Of a stretch of 64,000 nt of DNA, positions 38,379-50,219 are shown piece after piece. The notes under the pieces were generated by a model that saw only the letters and a list, made by a program, of their open reading frames with translations, was not told the DNA's origin and did no database searches. This DNA is from the human T2T-CHM13v2.0 reference genome, Homo sapiens. The stretch lies in NCBI RefSeq assembly GCF_009914755.1, contig NC_060934.1. One strand, given 5' to 3'. Within the stretch, counting starts at the first letter, position 1. Each line of letters begins with the position of its first letter. The position numbers and the translations under genes were made by a program.

Positions 38379-39549
38379 ATACTTAGATTCCTTTTAAAAA
38401 GATTTCCTTTAAAATCAAATTTATTTTGAACTATGAATTTGATGTGCTATTTATATTTTTACTGATAAATATCAAAACAAAGTAAAAAGGAGATCGTTAT
38501 GTGCACTCTCGGATATCATCTTAAAAGCCGGTGAGTCATCAATGTTGCTCTTCAGAGACACTGCTCTGTGCTTTGTCCCAGCTAAATGTGGCTGGAGGCT
38601 TGGCATCAGGTGGGTCCTTTGGACAGTCAAGCCCTTCCTGTGGGCTTGGGGACCATTTCCAGTTTCCATTTGTCTCTGTGCTGGGAGTAACCACTTGTTA
38701 AAAGACTCCCTCCCATCTCCTCCCCAGCTTGCCCCAAAGTCAGCTTCCACGGCTGCTAGATCAGCTCCCTAGTCACCAGGCTGACTCTAGAGCTGGTCTT
38801 AGTATCCTTCCTGCCACCCCCGCCACCTTGCCATTTGCCACTCCATACAGGGATGCTCTTGACTTCTGAGTGCCTAGGTAAATGTTCATTTTCTTTTGGT
38901 CCCGCCTGTGCAACAGTGCTGTGGGAAGATTTCCAGCCCCACAGAGACCTGTGATCTTATCCAGCCTGGGCCTCTGGCTGGCCATATGATCTCACTCACA
39001 CAAGCCTCAGTCTGCTTACCTGAAAATGGGGGTACTAATGCAATCTGTCTGCAAGAGGTATCATGAGGAGATACAAGAGGAAGGCTCGAAGTAAGAGGAG
39101 GAGCCCCAGGAAGGAGGAGAGGCTGTGGAGGCAGACCTGGGGTCCAACTGCTGCTCCACCACCTCCTGGCTATGGAATTGGATCTGTGGTGATGTTGATG
39201 ACAGTCTTAGGATGGAATTATGAATTTCCACCCACCTTCTTTGTCTGCTTCCTCCCATCATGGCACTTCTTTGTCTAAACATGGCTTCCCTTTGAACACA
39301 TCCACAAATCGGCCTTTCCCTGACCTCTGGAAACATCCAAGCACCAAGGCTTAGCCACCAGGGCTGCATGCCTGTCCCCGCCTGTCTGAGAAAGCAGGCG
39401 GGGCCTCCCTCTGCTGTCTCAGATGGGCCAGGCCCCAGCCCAGCGCTACCATTGACTCGTACTTGAATCCAACTCATCTTGATTTTATGAGAACCATCCC
39501 TGAAAATCCTCATGTTCAATAGACGACACCAGGGAACCGTGGAGCAGGC

Positions 39550-40390
39550 CTGTCATTTGAATAATCAGCCATTTAGTGACATGTCTAGCCTGGTTTAATG
39601 ACTGAATCAGTGAAAGTATGACCCCGAGTGCCGGTTAACTTTTAAAATAGCTGTGCCCACTGCATGACACAGCCAACAGGAAACCATTAAGGCCCTAGCA
39701 ATTACCACTTCCATCCATCGGCAAAGTCCCTATTTTATTTTAATCTGCGTAAGTGCATTTTCTGCACGAGGTTAAAATATAAATCCCTTCTCCTGAACAA
39801 GACTGGTTTTCTGGCTGACTTGAGAGCACAATTTACAACTGATTTAATTTGTTCTTCACAAACATTCCTAATGACATTACCCCGGTGCATATACAGACTG
39901 CCTCCTCTTATTCCATTAACTCCCAAATCGGGTTTAAAGACCATATTGATGCTAGATGTTATTATGGGTGATTATCAAAACAACAGACAATGCGGCAAAG
40001 TGTTTACTAACTGGTTTATATATAATTTCTGTAATAACGACAACAGATGGTAATGCTACAAACACTAAATCACGCTTTTCGCCGCTGAAACAAATTGGCA
40101 GCCTGCAGTACAGAAATGGTGTACGTAGCTATATACAGATGCTTCAGTCATCAGCTATAGTGTTCATCTTATTAGGAAATGGGTCTGTTACTGCTATTAC
40201 AGGTAATCTTTCCATTTACAATTACAAATGTATATTTTCAATGAAAATGGTTTTCCGCAGCTAAGCTGCCTGTAGGATATTTCCCCTCTAATTACTGCCC
40301 CAGTGAATGTGCGCCCAGGCCATGCCATGCACAGGGTTATGTTTGTCCTAGTTAATGATGGCGGCTGCATTTTAGTTGCTCTGAGATGGG
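39550..40390. promoter_or_regulatory. candidate conserved enhancer block
   Basis: Repeat-free and AT-rich with about 16 CpGs; TAATGACATTA (39869-39879), GACAATG (39986-39992), TGTTTAC (40001-40007), AACAGATGGT (40042-40051). Confidence 0.55.
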
Positions 40391-42255
40391 TCCTCTCCAA
40401 GACCCTCCACCTCTCGCCGGCAAGACCACAATACAGCCCCAGGCAGTGGGTTCATTAGGACTTTAGAAGCAGAGTATGAACAGGATAAGAAGCAGCTGAA
40501 CGTGAGAGGGCTCTTCCTTGAGCCTGTCTCCAGTGATTCTCCAATCCCCTGCCCCTGTCATTGATAAGCTCCACCTGGCCTTTTGAAAATGCTAAGCCAA
40601 CATCCAAAGGGCCTTTGGAGGAAGGGGCTTGCCCATGTCATGCAGCGGCAGGGCCAGGACACTGACGCTGGCCCCCAATGGGGAATTCAAAGTTTCTTTT
40701 GTCCCACTGCGAACTCTTTCCCATCCCAGGCACTATGGATGCTACCCCAGGGGACCCAAGTCTGACTCAGTGGCCTGAGTCTCAATGGCTGCATCGTGAG
40801 TGCCACATGTGGATTCTGTCATGAAATTCAGCAGAAACTCCATAAAGTGGACACCATTGTTAACCCACCTTGTGGAGGAGGAACCCGTGAGCCAGCACAG
40901 AGGACCCACTTGCCTGTGATCTTGTGGCTTGGAGGCAGTAGGACAGGGATTTGAACTCAAGCTGTCAACTGAATCCAAAGCCTGTGGGCTGAGCCACTGA
41001 ACTCTAAGCCTTTCCAGAGGGCATCGGGGCCTGTGCTCTCCTAGGAAAAACAGAGTTGAACCTTGGAATAAAGGACAAAAAGCGTTGTGTTTCTGTGCCT
41101 CAAGCTCCCACCCTTCAGCTCCTCCACTTTCAGTTTTTCCCACCAGGGTGCCAGCTGATTCCTAGGCCTGGATGCTGAAGCCCCATGCTGGCTGGGAGGA
41201 GGAAGGCGGTGCAGAGGCTACAGGAGAGGGACAGAGATACAGAGCATTCCGCCAGGCCGCTTACCTGCCGTGGGAGCTTGGCCAGTTCTTCCCCTCATGC
41301 TTCGGTAGTCTCATCTGCAGAGAGAGAATCAAAGTGATGCCTGCTGCCTACGACAGCTCGGGAAGACTGTGTGGAGCCGATGGTTCATGCACGTTAGGGA
41401 GTTAGAGCAATGCCCTGCCCAGATCGGGGCTCCGCAGGGATGAGCTCCATTCACTGCAGCCACACTTTTGGGATGACTCTTGGCTCTGGAAGGCCCCTCG
41501 TGGGGTTGGGGTGCTTGCCTTTTTTAGGATGGACCCCGTTTCTGCATGCTCCCTACGCTGGGCTTCTGTGCTGGTCTTCTGTGCCTTTGGAGTGAATTTC
41601 ACTTCCTTCCTTATTTGAGGCCCTCTTGGGTCTGAACACTGGCTACCGAGATCACAAGACTAATACATGCCTCGGGTCACAGCGACAGAGGATGGCTGGG
41701 GGTGGGAGTGGTGAGGACACATTATTCAGACAAACAAACTGAGGCCCAGGGCAGGGGTGGTTTGCACGAGGTCCTGCAAAGCTAGACTAGGCCTTCTTCC
41801 CATCTTGAAGAGTCCAGAAAACAAAAGAGGACAGGGGCTGGGGTGTGCCTTGGGGCGTGCAGTCACTGGGAATGCTGTACTCTCTGTCTCCTCCAGCCGC
41901 ACACCTCTCAAGTGGGCTTCTCATCTCCAGGAGGCTGTGGGGTCCTCTCGGGAGGCTGGGGCTGCATCTGGTATTTCTCTTCAGCCCGCATGAGCTGGGC
42001 CCCCATGGTCCTCACCAGGTTGCCAGCTTCCAGGCCAGTGGTGGCTCCACTAGGCCTGGGGAACAGCCTTCTGATCATTTTGTGGGAGTGGCATGCTACC
42101 CTTGGGCTCCTCCCACAATGGATTTTGGAGGCAGCAATATGCCTACCGTTTGGCCAGGAGCAAGTGCTCAAAATCATCCCCACACGTTTCTGATGCTGAG
42201 AGCAGAGGAGGTAGAGAGCACTTCCCACGCACTCCAGGAACTGGGCCTGGAACCA

Positions 42256-42294
42256 GGCCCAAACCCGGCCCAAACCCGGCCCAAACCCGGCCCA
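42256..42294 (+). repeat. (GGCCCAAACCC)3.5 11-bp minisatellite
   Basis: Three exact units plus GGCCCA, read directly. Confidence 0.92.
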
Positions 42295-42359
42295 GGTGCC
42301 TGGAAGGCCTCCCTTCCAGTCAGTCCCTGACCACCCATTTATCTGAGTGGTTTCACTTG

Positions 42360-42700
42360 TGTGAAACACACCTTCGGCCCCCTCACTGGGAAACACGGGT
42401 TTGAGGAGGAGTGAGAACACATCCTGCGCGCAGCACTCGCCCACTGTCGGACCCCCGCTGTGTGCCACCTCCCGCTGCCTCCTGCTGCAGGGCAAGGTGG
42501 CTCTGAGGACTGACCCAGGACAGGGCCCGCCACGCTCCAGTGAGAAGCCAATCACGCACTTCCCGATGACCACTTTGCGAGGAGACAATGGATCGTTTCC
42601 TCTCTGTAATTTTCTGCATGGAGGTCTCCCTGTTGTCCCCTGGCCACATCCTCCTGACCTCGGAGGCCACCCTGTACCCTCGCCACGCTGCGCCTGCTCC
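42360..42700. promoter_or_regulatory. CpG-enriched GC-rich patch with CTCF-like and CCAAT motifs
   Basis: Local CpG cluster; minus-strand GCAGCAGGAGGCAG and GCGGGAGGTGGCAC (~42463-42488); AGCCAATCA (42546-42554). Confidence 0.4.
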
Positions 42701-43423
42701 TTACTTGCACAATGAGCTGCTGTTCTGGGGGCTTTTCCTAGAGGAGCAGTGCTGGCCTTAGCAGTCTGGGAGGAAGCACCTGGTCTGGGTAAATTTTCAG
42801 GAGGACCTGCCTGGGCGTGGGGCCACACTGGCCAGGCTGCCTGCCTGGGCCTCCCTCTGGCCAGGCATTTGCTAGGCAGAGAACCAGCTCCAGAGTGGGA
42901 TACCCAGACCTCCTGCCTTTTTCTACACTGGGGTTGGTCTTTTGCCTTGGGAGGGCCTCGTAGCCTGGTGGAAGAAGCCCACTGGAACAAAACTGAAGTT
43001 TAAATCCCAGTATATGGCTTATCTGACCACAGGCAAATAACCTCAGTCTTTCATTCTTTAAACTGGGGATGATAGAACCTCCACACGAGGACATAGCACA
43101 GAATAGGCTCTCATAAAATAGAAGTTCTTATTATTAGCTGTCCTTGTGACCTCCATGCAATTCATGGGAATGATTAGGCGTTTGACATTCCTTTCCAGAA
43201 TCCAAGTCAGTGAGAAGGTCGGCTCTGCCTCCAGTATCTGCTGTTCCTTCCTCAGTAGACGTGAACTTGAAAACCTTTCCCTGGCCATATCTTAAGCAAA
43301 TTCCTAATCATGGATGGATTTTAACCCATTAACCATTCCAAAAGGAGGAGTGTATTCATTATGAAATGTTATCTGGTAAGAAATGTTTGCGTTTTAGTGA
43401 GTAAAAATTCAATCCCTTATGTC

Positions 43424-43733
<310 letters not shown>

Positions 43734-44099
43734 ACCTCAATATTTTCTTTCAACAGAAAGGGTTTTCCTGAGATGTCATCAGATAAACTATTATGGGATA
43801 GTAGACAGTAGACTGGAATTGGCCAAGAAACAAACCTGGGAAAAAGTCCTTGCTCTACCCTTTCTTAGTCTGGGGACCTTGGGCCTCAGTTTTCCCATCT
43901 GTAAAATGAGGGTGGCGTTTGGTCTACTTGGTGCCTAAAGACCGTCTGATATTTTTTGAGTCTGTGATTGTTCGGAAGCCTGATCAAGTGGAAAGAATTC
44001 CGGCTGGTGGAAACTGCCCTTGGGGCCCCCTATCTGAGCAGGATCCTAAGGGCTTTCGTGGGCTGCCAGAGCTGGCTCTCAGAACAGCCTCAATGTTCA

Positions 44100-44760
44100 G
44101 ACAGCACAAGGTGATTGCAGTTCTCCTCACATCGTGCCAAGCAGGAGTAATTAACAGACATGTTGCAAAGTGTATCTAGCATATCTAGCAGATTTTAAAA
44201 AATGACTTCCAAGGATTATAAAAGACTTTAATTAGAATTTCACAAAGGCGGAGGCTGAGGATTTGCTGACTGCCCTGCCATATTTTTTTTCCAGGGTTCA
44301 GCGCAGCTTCAGAGATAGCAAAGAGTGAACAGTGTTTTAAGGCCACGGTACAATGTGACAACAGTGATAGATATGCTAATTTCTTCATCCACTCCACTTC
44401 ACTTCTTTTATTCTTTCCAATTAAAGCAAATGCTACTGAAACTGTAATTAAACCAGGCCTGGGCCCTGATTGCCTGCTGTTTTAATGAAACCCTATTGAT
44501 TTTCCTTTTCTTTCTAATGGCCACACATGGTGCTCAATGGTCAAACACACGCCCCGCTACAATGTCCTGGTAAAACTTAATTTTGGGCTGGTAAAATGGA
44601 GGCCCGACGGAGAGCGGTCTTGAATGGATTACTTACCCGTGGTGTTGGTGAGTAAGGCCCCTCCTTCCTCATGTGAGGCCACGGAGAGGCGAGAAACACA
44701 CCTATGCTGTATGACCATCCAAAAGAAACGAAATGCATTCGGGGAAGAAATCAAACTCCT
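44100..44760. promoter_or_regulatory. candidate conserved enhancer block
   Basis: TAATTAA, TTAATTAG, GGATTA, TATGCTAAT (44372-44380), two ACAATG, retained CpGs; no repeats recognised. Confidence 0.45.
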
Positions 44761-45912
44761 TTTTATCCTAGTGCTGATTCTATAAGGAGCAGCATGTTAG
44801 TTAAACTCTAGTGGCTTAACTAAGCTGGATGTTAAAATCTGGGCAATTTGGAGCCCTGGAAATATATATTCTTGACAGATGTTCACAAGCCAGAACAGTT
44901 TTGGAGACGAAGTATTGGAAGAACATTTTACTTCTCTTTGGCAATTAACTTGAAAAAGAAGTTTTTTTATCAATGGGCCATCCCTCTGAGATGACTCTTG
45001 CACTGCTACTCCCAGCCCCTGCATGAGGATATGGATGTTATGCAAGTACGTTGAGTGGGGAGGGGTGCTGGGAATGAGCACAGCAAATACTTACTGGTGC
45101 AAATTAATATTCTGGCCAGAAAGCATGGTTTCAGATATTGCTGGCTTCCTACACCTAGCAACAGCCGTCACCACGTGAGACTTGGTAAGGAAGCTCGGGC
45201 TTGTGTTTCCTAAATGGCTCTAACCTGTTTGAGCAGAGTCATTGCTCAGGGCTACAGGATGGACTAGAGCCAGCTGGGAGCAGATCTCATCTTGTGTTTA
45301 TGAGCTGGTTCTGATCAAAGCCTTTATAGGTGCCTTTTTGGGTTATGGGGAGTATTGGAAGAGGAGGTGGGTCATGTCCCACAAAGGACATCATCCTTTT
45401 CTCGTTCCTCTAGTTCCACGCCCCCTCTCCGCTTCTCCCTACCAAGCAAATGTTCATTAGTGTGCACACTTTTTCGAGCAGACATATTGCTGTTTTATAA
45501 AAAAGATGCCAGAGCAGGAGACGCATGCCCTCCCCATCCCAGCCAAAGCACAAGACAGCAGCACTGTATTCCTCCTCCCTCTCCAATGTGTCGATGGCCT
45601 ACTGTGTGCCAGGCACCAGCTAGGCGCTTCACATGGGCCTTCTCTTCATTACCCCATGATAACGCCGTTGAATAGAAAGGGAAACAGACCCAAGGGATTG
45701 CACAGTTATTAAAAGTATAATTGCTCTCCAGGCAGGACAAACAAGAATGAGCACTGTCGGTGTGATGTGGGTTCAATCCTGCTTTTGTCACCACTCGTGG
45801 GTCATCTGGACTTGGCTCCACCCATTCTCCTTGCAGGTTCACCATCTTCTCTTCTCCCTGAGTGAGGTATAAGCTCCCTGAACCTGAATCTGACTCCCAG
45901 GTAAGGAGAGGG

Positions 45913-46135
45913 CAGGGCTTGTCCACTGGGCTGTACTGGCATTTGAGGCTAGATAGTTCTTTGTGGTGGTTGCGTGGGGGTCTTACACTTTATAGGGTGG
46001 TTAAGAGCATCTCTGGCCTCTACCAACTAGATGCCAGTAGCACACCCCTAGCTGCAGTCTTGACAACCAAAAATGTCCCCAGACATTACCAAATGTCCTC
46101 TGGGGAGCAAAATACCTCCTGTTTGAAAATTATTG
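45913..46135 (-). mobile_element. MER20 (hAT-Charlie)
   Basis: GCATCTCTGGCCTCTACCAACTAGATGCCAGTAGCAC...GACAACCAAAAATGTCCCCAGACATTACCAAATGTCC. Confidence 0.85.
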
Positions 46136-47499
46136 GTCTAGACATCTGTATTTTGTTTGCTTGGGGCTAAAAACATAGTACCTTTTTAAAACATGAACAC
46201 CAAACAATTTGTTTTACTCTAATAGCCCTGATAATTCTGTAGCAGCATTCTCGTTGTAAATAAAAAATAAAAATGAAAATTCAAAATTCAGACTTGAAGA
46301 CTAGAAAAAAGACCATATGTGTGTGTGCATGTGTATGTTTTGACAAAACCTAGAACTTTTCCAATGGAAATCTCAGGAAAGGGCATGGACTGGGAGTCGG
46401 AAGACCTGGATCCAGTCCTAGGCTGCTGCTTCTTGCTGGCCAGTGTCTTGGTGAGTCAAGTCCCTTGAGCAGTGAGATTTTTTGTCATTAATGTGAGGAA
46501 GATGTTATAGTGATTCATCTCTGAGGGTCCTGGAAGGACTGACATTCTTAATAATTGAACAGAAGCGTAATGAGTGGTACAAATGTGGAATCAGGGAATT
46601 TCCAGTGATGGGCAAATTCACAACATGTGAGAAAGGTAGGGAGGGAAAGAGAGAGAGTGGGGGCGGGGAGGGCAACAGTGCAAAAAAGGTGCAAGAATGG
46701 ATGCCCCAAATTCACTGCGGGTTGTGAAGTCACTCCAGGACCTGGTCTCAAGTCAGCTAACGGTTTCCACACAGTCCCCTGGAGGCCCATCTCCATATAA
46801 GGAAAACCAGAGGGAAGATTAGATTTGTTTTACAGAGACTTGTTTCACCTCCACGTCAGGAAGGCATGACTTATTTGTCTTAGTTGTGGTGTGATCTAGG
46901 CCTGCTTGTATCTCTGCTTGCTCAGGGTCAGAGAGAAGGCTGGATTCTGGGATGCTGCAGGATTTTGGAAGCAAAGACAGAGAGGGCACCTGGAGAATGG
47001 TTGCCAGAGTGAAATTCCCCAGACAATAGAGATAATTTGGAACTGTTTAAAGAACAAGGGTAAGTTCTCTGAATGCTGCTCTTCTCAGGCTGATCCCCAA
47101 AAGCAGAGAACTGAAGTCTCTTTCCCCACCGAGTACCGGTGACAGAGAGGGAGGATGGCCACTCTTTCACAGTATCTCTTTGGGAAAGAGCTGGCGTCCT
47201 CTTGGGCAACAAAAAAAACCCTCCCTCCCACTTGCTTTGTCTTCATTTCATCTTTCAGGACCCACATCCGTAGGACAAGCCATTTTTTGAGAACCCCACA
47301 GAACCAACGACCTTCTTTTTACAGATAAAGATGAAAGCCAGATTTTTTAATTGGTTTTTAAAAAATTGCATGTACTTTTGACAGAGACGAAAGACCCTTT
47401 TCCTGGATGTTAGCTCTGACATCTTCCTTGTTAGGATGGGAGAGGAAAAAAAAAAAATGGACCCTAGGCATGGAGCTTGCAGGGACCCTGGAAAAGGGG

Positions 47500-48480
47500 A
47501 CACCATCATGCCACCATCGAGTTCTGTCAACTGTCAAGTTAATTAGAACGAAATTAAAAACACATTTGCCAAGATGTTCCGCAGCCAAACCAGTTAAATA
47601 GAGATTTTAACAAAATTGAAAGCATATTATACTGAGATTTGTGGATTCTGGCCCGGTGAGTGAGTGCTGAAAGTGTGATAAAATAGCAAAATTGCTGCCT
47701 AATAATCTATAGAATAATATTGTCAACTAATGGATTATAATAAAATAAAAGCTGTTATTAGGGTAAAACATTATAAAAAAAATCCAACTTTTCTTTGCAG
47801 CCCCTCCCCCTTAATGGTTTTGAGCATTTTGAAAGGTAATTTAAACAAGTACATTGTGTCCTTATTGAAGCGGCTTCATCTTGCTAGCTGCTGAAAATGG
47901 CTTTAACCATCCCTCTGAACAAAAGCACCCCTAATAAGACAACAAAAAGCCCAAAGCAATGGCCCAGCGGCATCGCGCTCTGGCGCAGAGCGAGCCTGCT
48001 AAGGCGGCAGCTTTCTCCTTGCATGTAATTAGATGAATTAAAAGGACAAAGTGGTTAATGTAACTGTTGTCCGGGGGGCCCCCAGCCCTTTTCATCCCAT
48101 CCATTTCAGACAAGAGCCTGTGGCTTTTGCTTCAGCAATGCGGAGAAGAATGTTGGCGGGGAGGGAAATTAACAAGCTTAATCTATGAGGAATCTGCTCC
48201 GTGTCATGGATGAAATGTATCTCGAGCAACGAAAGGCTAGTCATTCCTGCTTCCCTTTTATATGCCTAATAAAACTTACAATAAATTAACTGCATTTTAG
48301 TTTGCAGCTAGGCTCTGTTAATCAGGGATGAGGCTTCGGGTAGTCAAGTTACAAGAAGGCTTCAGCGGGTGCATGTCAGCTATGCGGTTGGGCGGGTTGG
48401 CCCCACTCTAATTAGCCTGGCTTCCCACGTTGACATTTCAGGTACGGGTTCACTGTTGGGTTTCGCGTCTTCTGTAACGG
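47500..48480. promoter_or_regulatory. candidate conserved enhancer block (strongest in the window)
   Basis: About 1 kb of unique DNA in a ~3.3-kb repeat-free stretch; tandem TGTCAA, TAATGGATTA (47728-47737), TAATTAG, CTAATTAG (48408-48415), AACAAA-type sites, CpG cluster at 47967-48007. Confidence 0.55.
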
Positions 48481-49922
48481 GGAGTGAGAAGGAAGGTGTA
48501 TGTTATCCATCCAATTCACCTGACTGAGGGGTACTGGGACCCTTGGAGTGAAATCTCTCCAAGATAAATAGATTCCTTATAGCTCTTCATCTAATTGATA
48601 TCAGGGTGTTTCCTTGATAACTCTGTGCATTGTTTATTTTCTGTGAGTGCCTCCTACTCTTCATACTGTCCTATTAGGAATGCTGCCACCATGGCAACAT
48701 CAATTTTTCATGCGGGCCCTTAGTATCATTCTCCGTAGAACTTTGGGATAATGCTTCCATGGGGTTCCTTAACCGAGAAACTCCAGAAAAGGCGGTGACA
48801 TCAGCAAAAGGGAGCCAACTCCTTCCCCGTCTGCCGTTTTGTACTCTTGGCCTAACGTTGACTCAAAACAGCAACTTGGAGCCTTCCCTGACCTGTTGGT
48901 AAAATATGACTTTGTTTTATTATTAAAAAAATAGAAAGTAGAAAATTAAATTCATTAGCTCCAATTACTAAATGATTCATCTGGCTGGCTAATGAAGCTG
49001 AGCATTATGCTAACAAGATAAAGGCAAGAATAACATGTGGGGGTGTGCGGCTGCAGGCACGCTGGGCCTGTTCTACTGGAAACGCAAGGCTGAGGAGCTC
49101 TGTGCCTTGAGATGGATGGCAAGGTATGGGAGTTGGGGTTGAGAAACAGGAGGCTGTGGGGCTCGGTTTGCTTCCCTGGGGGGCTTGAGGAGGCTGAGTC
49201 AGGGACTGGCAACACTTTTGGGTGTTGGGTGAGCCCTGGGCCTTTCTTTTTCTTTCTGTGTATGGGGACCGCTAGTGGAGACTTCAGTGGGAGGCCCGCA
49301 TCCATGAGCAGAAACGACAGCAGCAGAAACAATCCCCCGGGCCATCCAGGAAGAAGGTTGGGCTTGTGGCTCAAGGCCCCTTTAGCCTCTGGGGTTTCAA
49401 GGAACCTTTGGGCTGGAGATATGGAATCAACGGAAGTGGAGGCTGTGGACAGGGTCCCTGTTCCCTATGGTCTCAGCTACTTGCTAAGTCATTGTTAGAT
49501 CCAGGCTATGGTGGTACCAAGAGCTGGCTTCCTGTGGGAAGAATGGGTCCCTGGAGTCACACTTTTGAGCGCAGGCAGGCCCTGCTGAATACTGCTCACG
49601 TGAAAGCATTTCCAGACTCTCCTACTCACTTCTGCTGACCTTGGGTCATTGCTGAAGCTGCCAGCTACTGTCAATCTGATCGCTTACCGTGCTTCATACT
49701 GTCTCTAGCCCGCTTCTTTCAATTCTGGCTCCTGCTCTCTGATTCTCCTGGGCACTCATCACCAACTGGCTGCCAGAGCACATGGGCCTCCAGCTGCTGT
49801 CTGAATGGCCACAGGATGACTCCATTATTATTCCCACCACCTGGACTGAGTTAGTCTGATCCTCATTCTGTTAAAAACACCCATCAAATAGCAAGAAAAA
49901 ACCCAGTTTGAAAAGCCCCCTA

Positions 49923-50219
49923 GGCCAGGTGCGGTGGCTCAAGCCTGTAATCCCAGCACTTTGAGAGGCTGAGGCAGGTGGATCACTTGAGGTCAGGAGT
50001 TCAAGTCCCACCTGGGCAACATGGTGAAACCCCGTCTCTACCAAAAATACAAAAATTAGCCAGGTGTGGTGGCATGCTCCTGTAGTCCCAGCTATTCCGG
50101 AAGCTGAGGCAGGAGAATAGCTTGAAATCTCCCAGAGGGCAGAGGTTGCAGTGAGCTGAGATCGTGCCTGGGCAGCAGAGTGAGACTCTGTCTCAAAAAA
50201 AAAACAAAAACAAAAACAA
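49923..50219 (+). mobile_element. AluS (Sz-like) with a 14-bp internal deletion
   Basis: Full dimer; GAGATCGTGCCTGGGC lacks ACTGCACTCCAGCC (GCC microhomology); TSD AAAAGCCCCCTA / AAAAGCACCCTA. Confidence 0.9.

Noticed and set aside
39820-40264. Overlapping 77- and 102-aa ORFs in the AT-rich block
   Set aside because: Non-ATG starts, no recognisable homology or clear exon boundaries; better explained as non-coding.
41908-42990. Longest ORF (360 aa, minus strand)
   Set aside because: Starts at TTG, lies in GC-rich stop-poor DNA, runs through a minisatellite and MIR-like sequence, overlaps long ORFs in other frames, and has no recognisable domain. Ribo-seq or PhyloCSF support would be needed.
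48685-48723. Perfect Kozak GCCACCATGG opening MATSIFHAGP*
   Set aside because: Only 10 codons; one such 10-mer in 128 kb of two-strand sequence is plausible by chance, and there is no transcript evidence.
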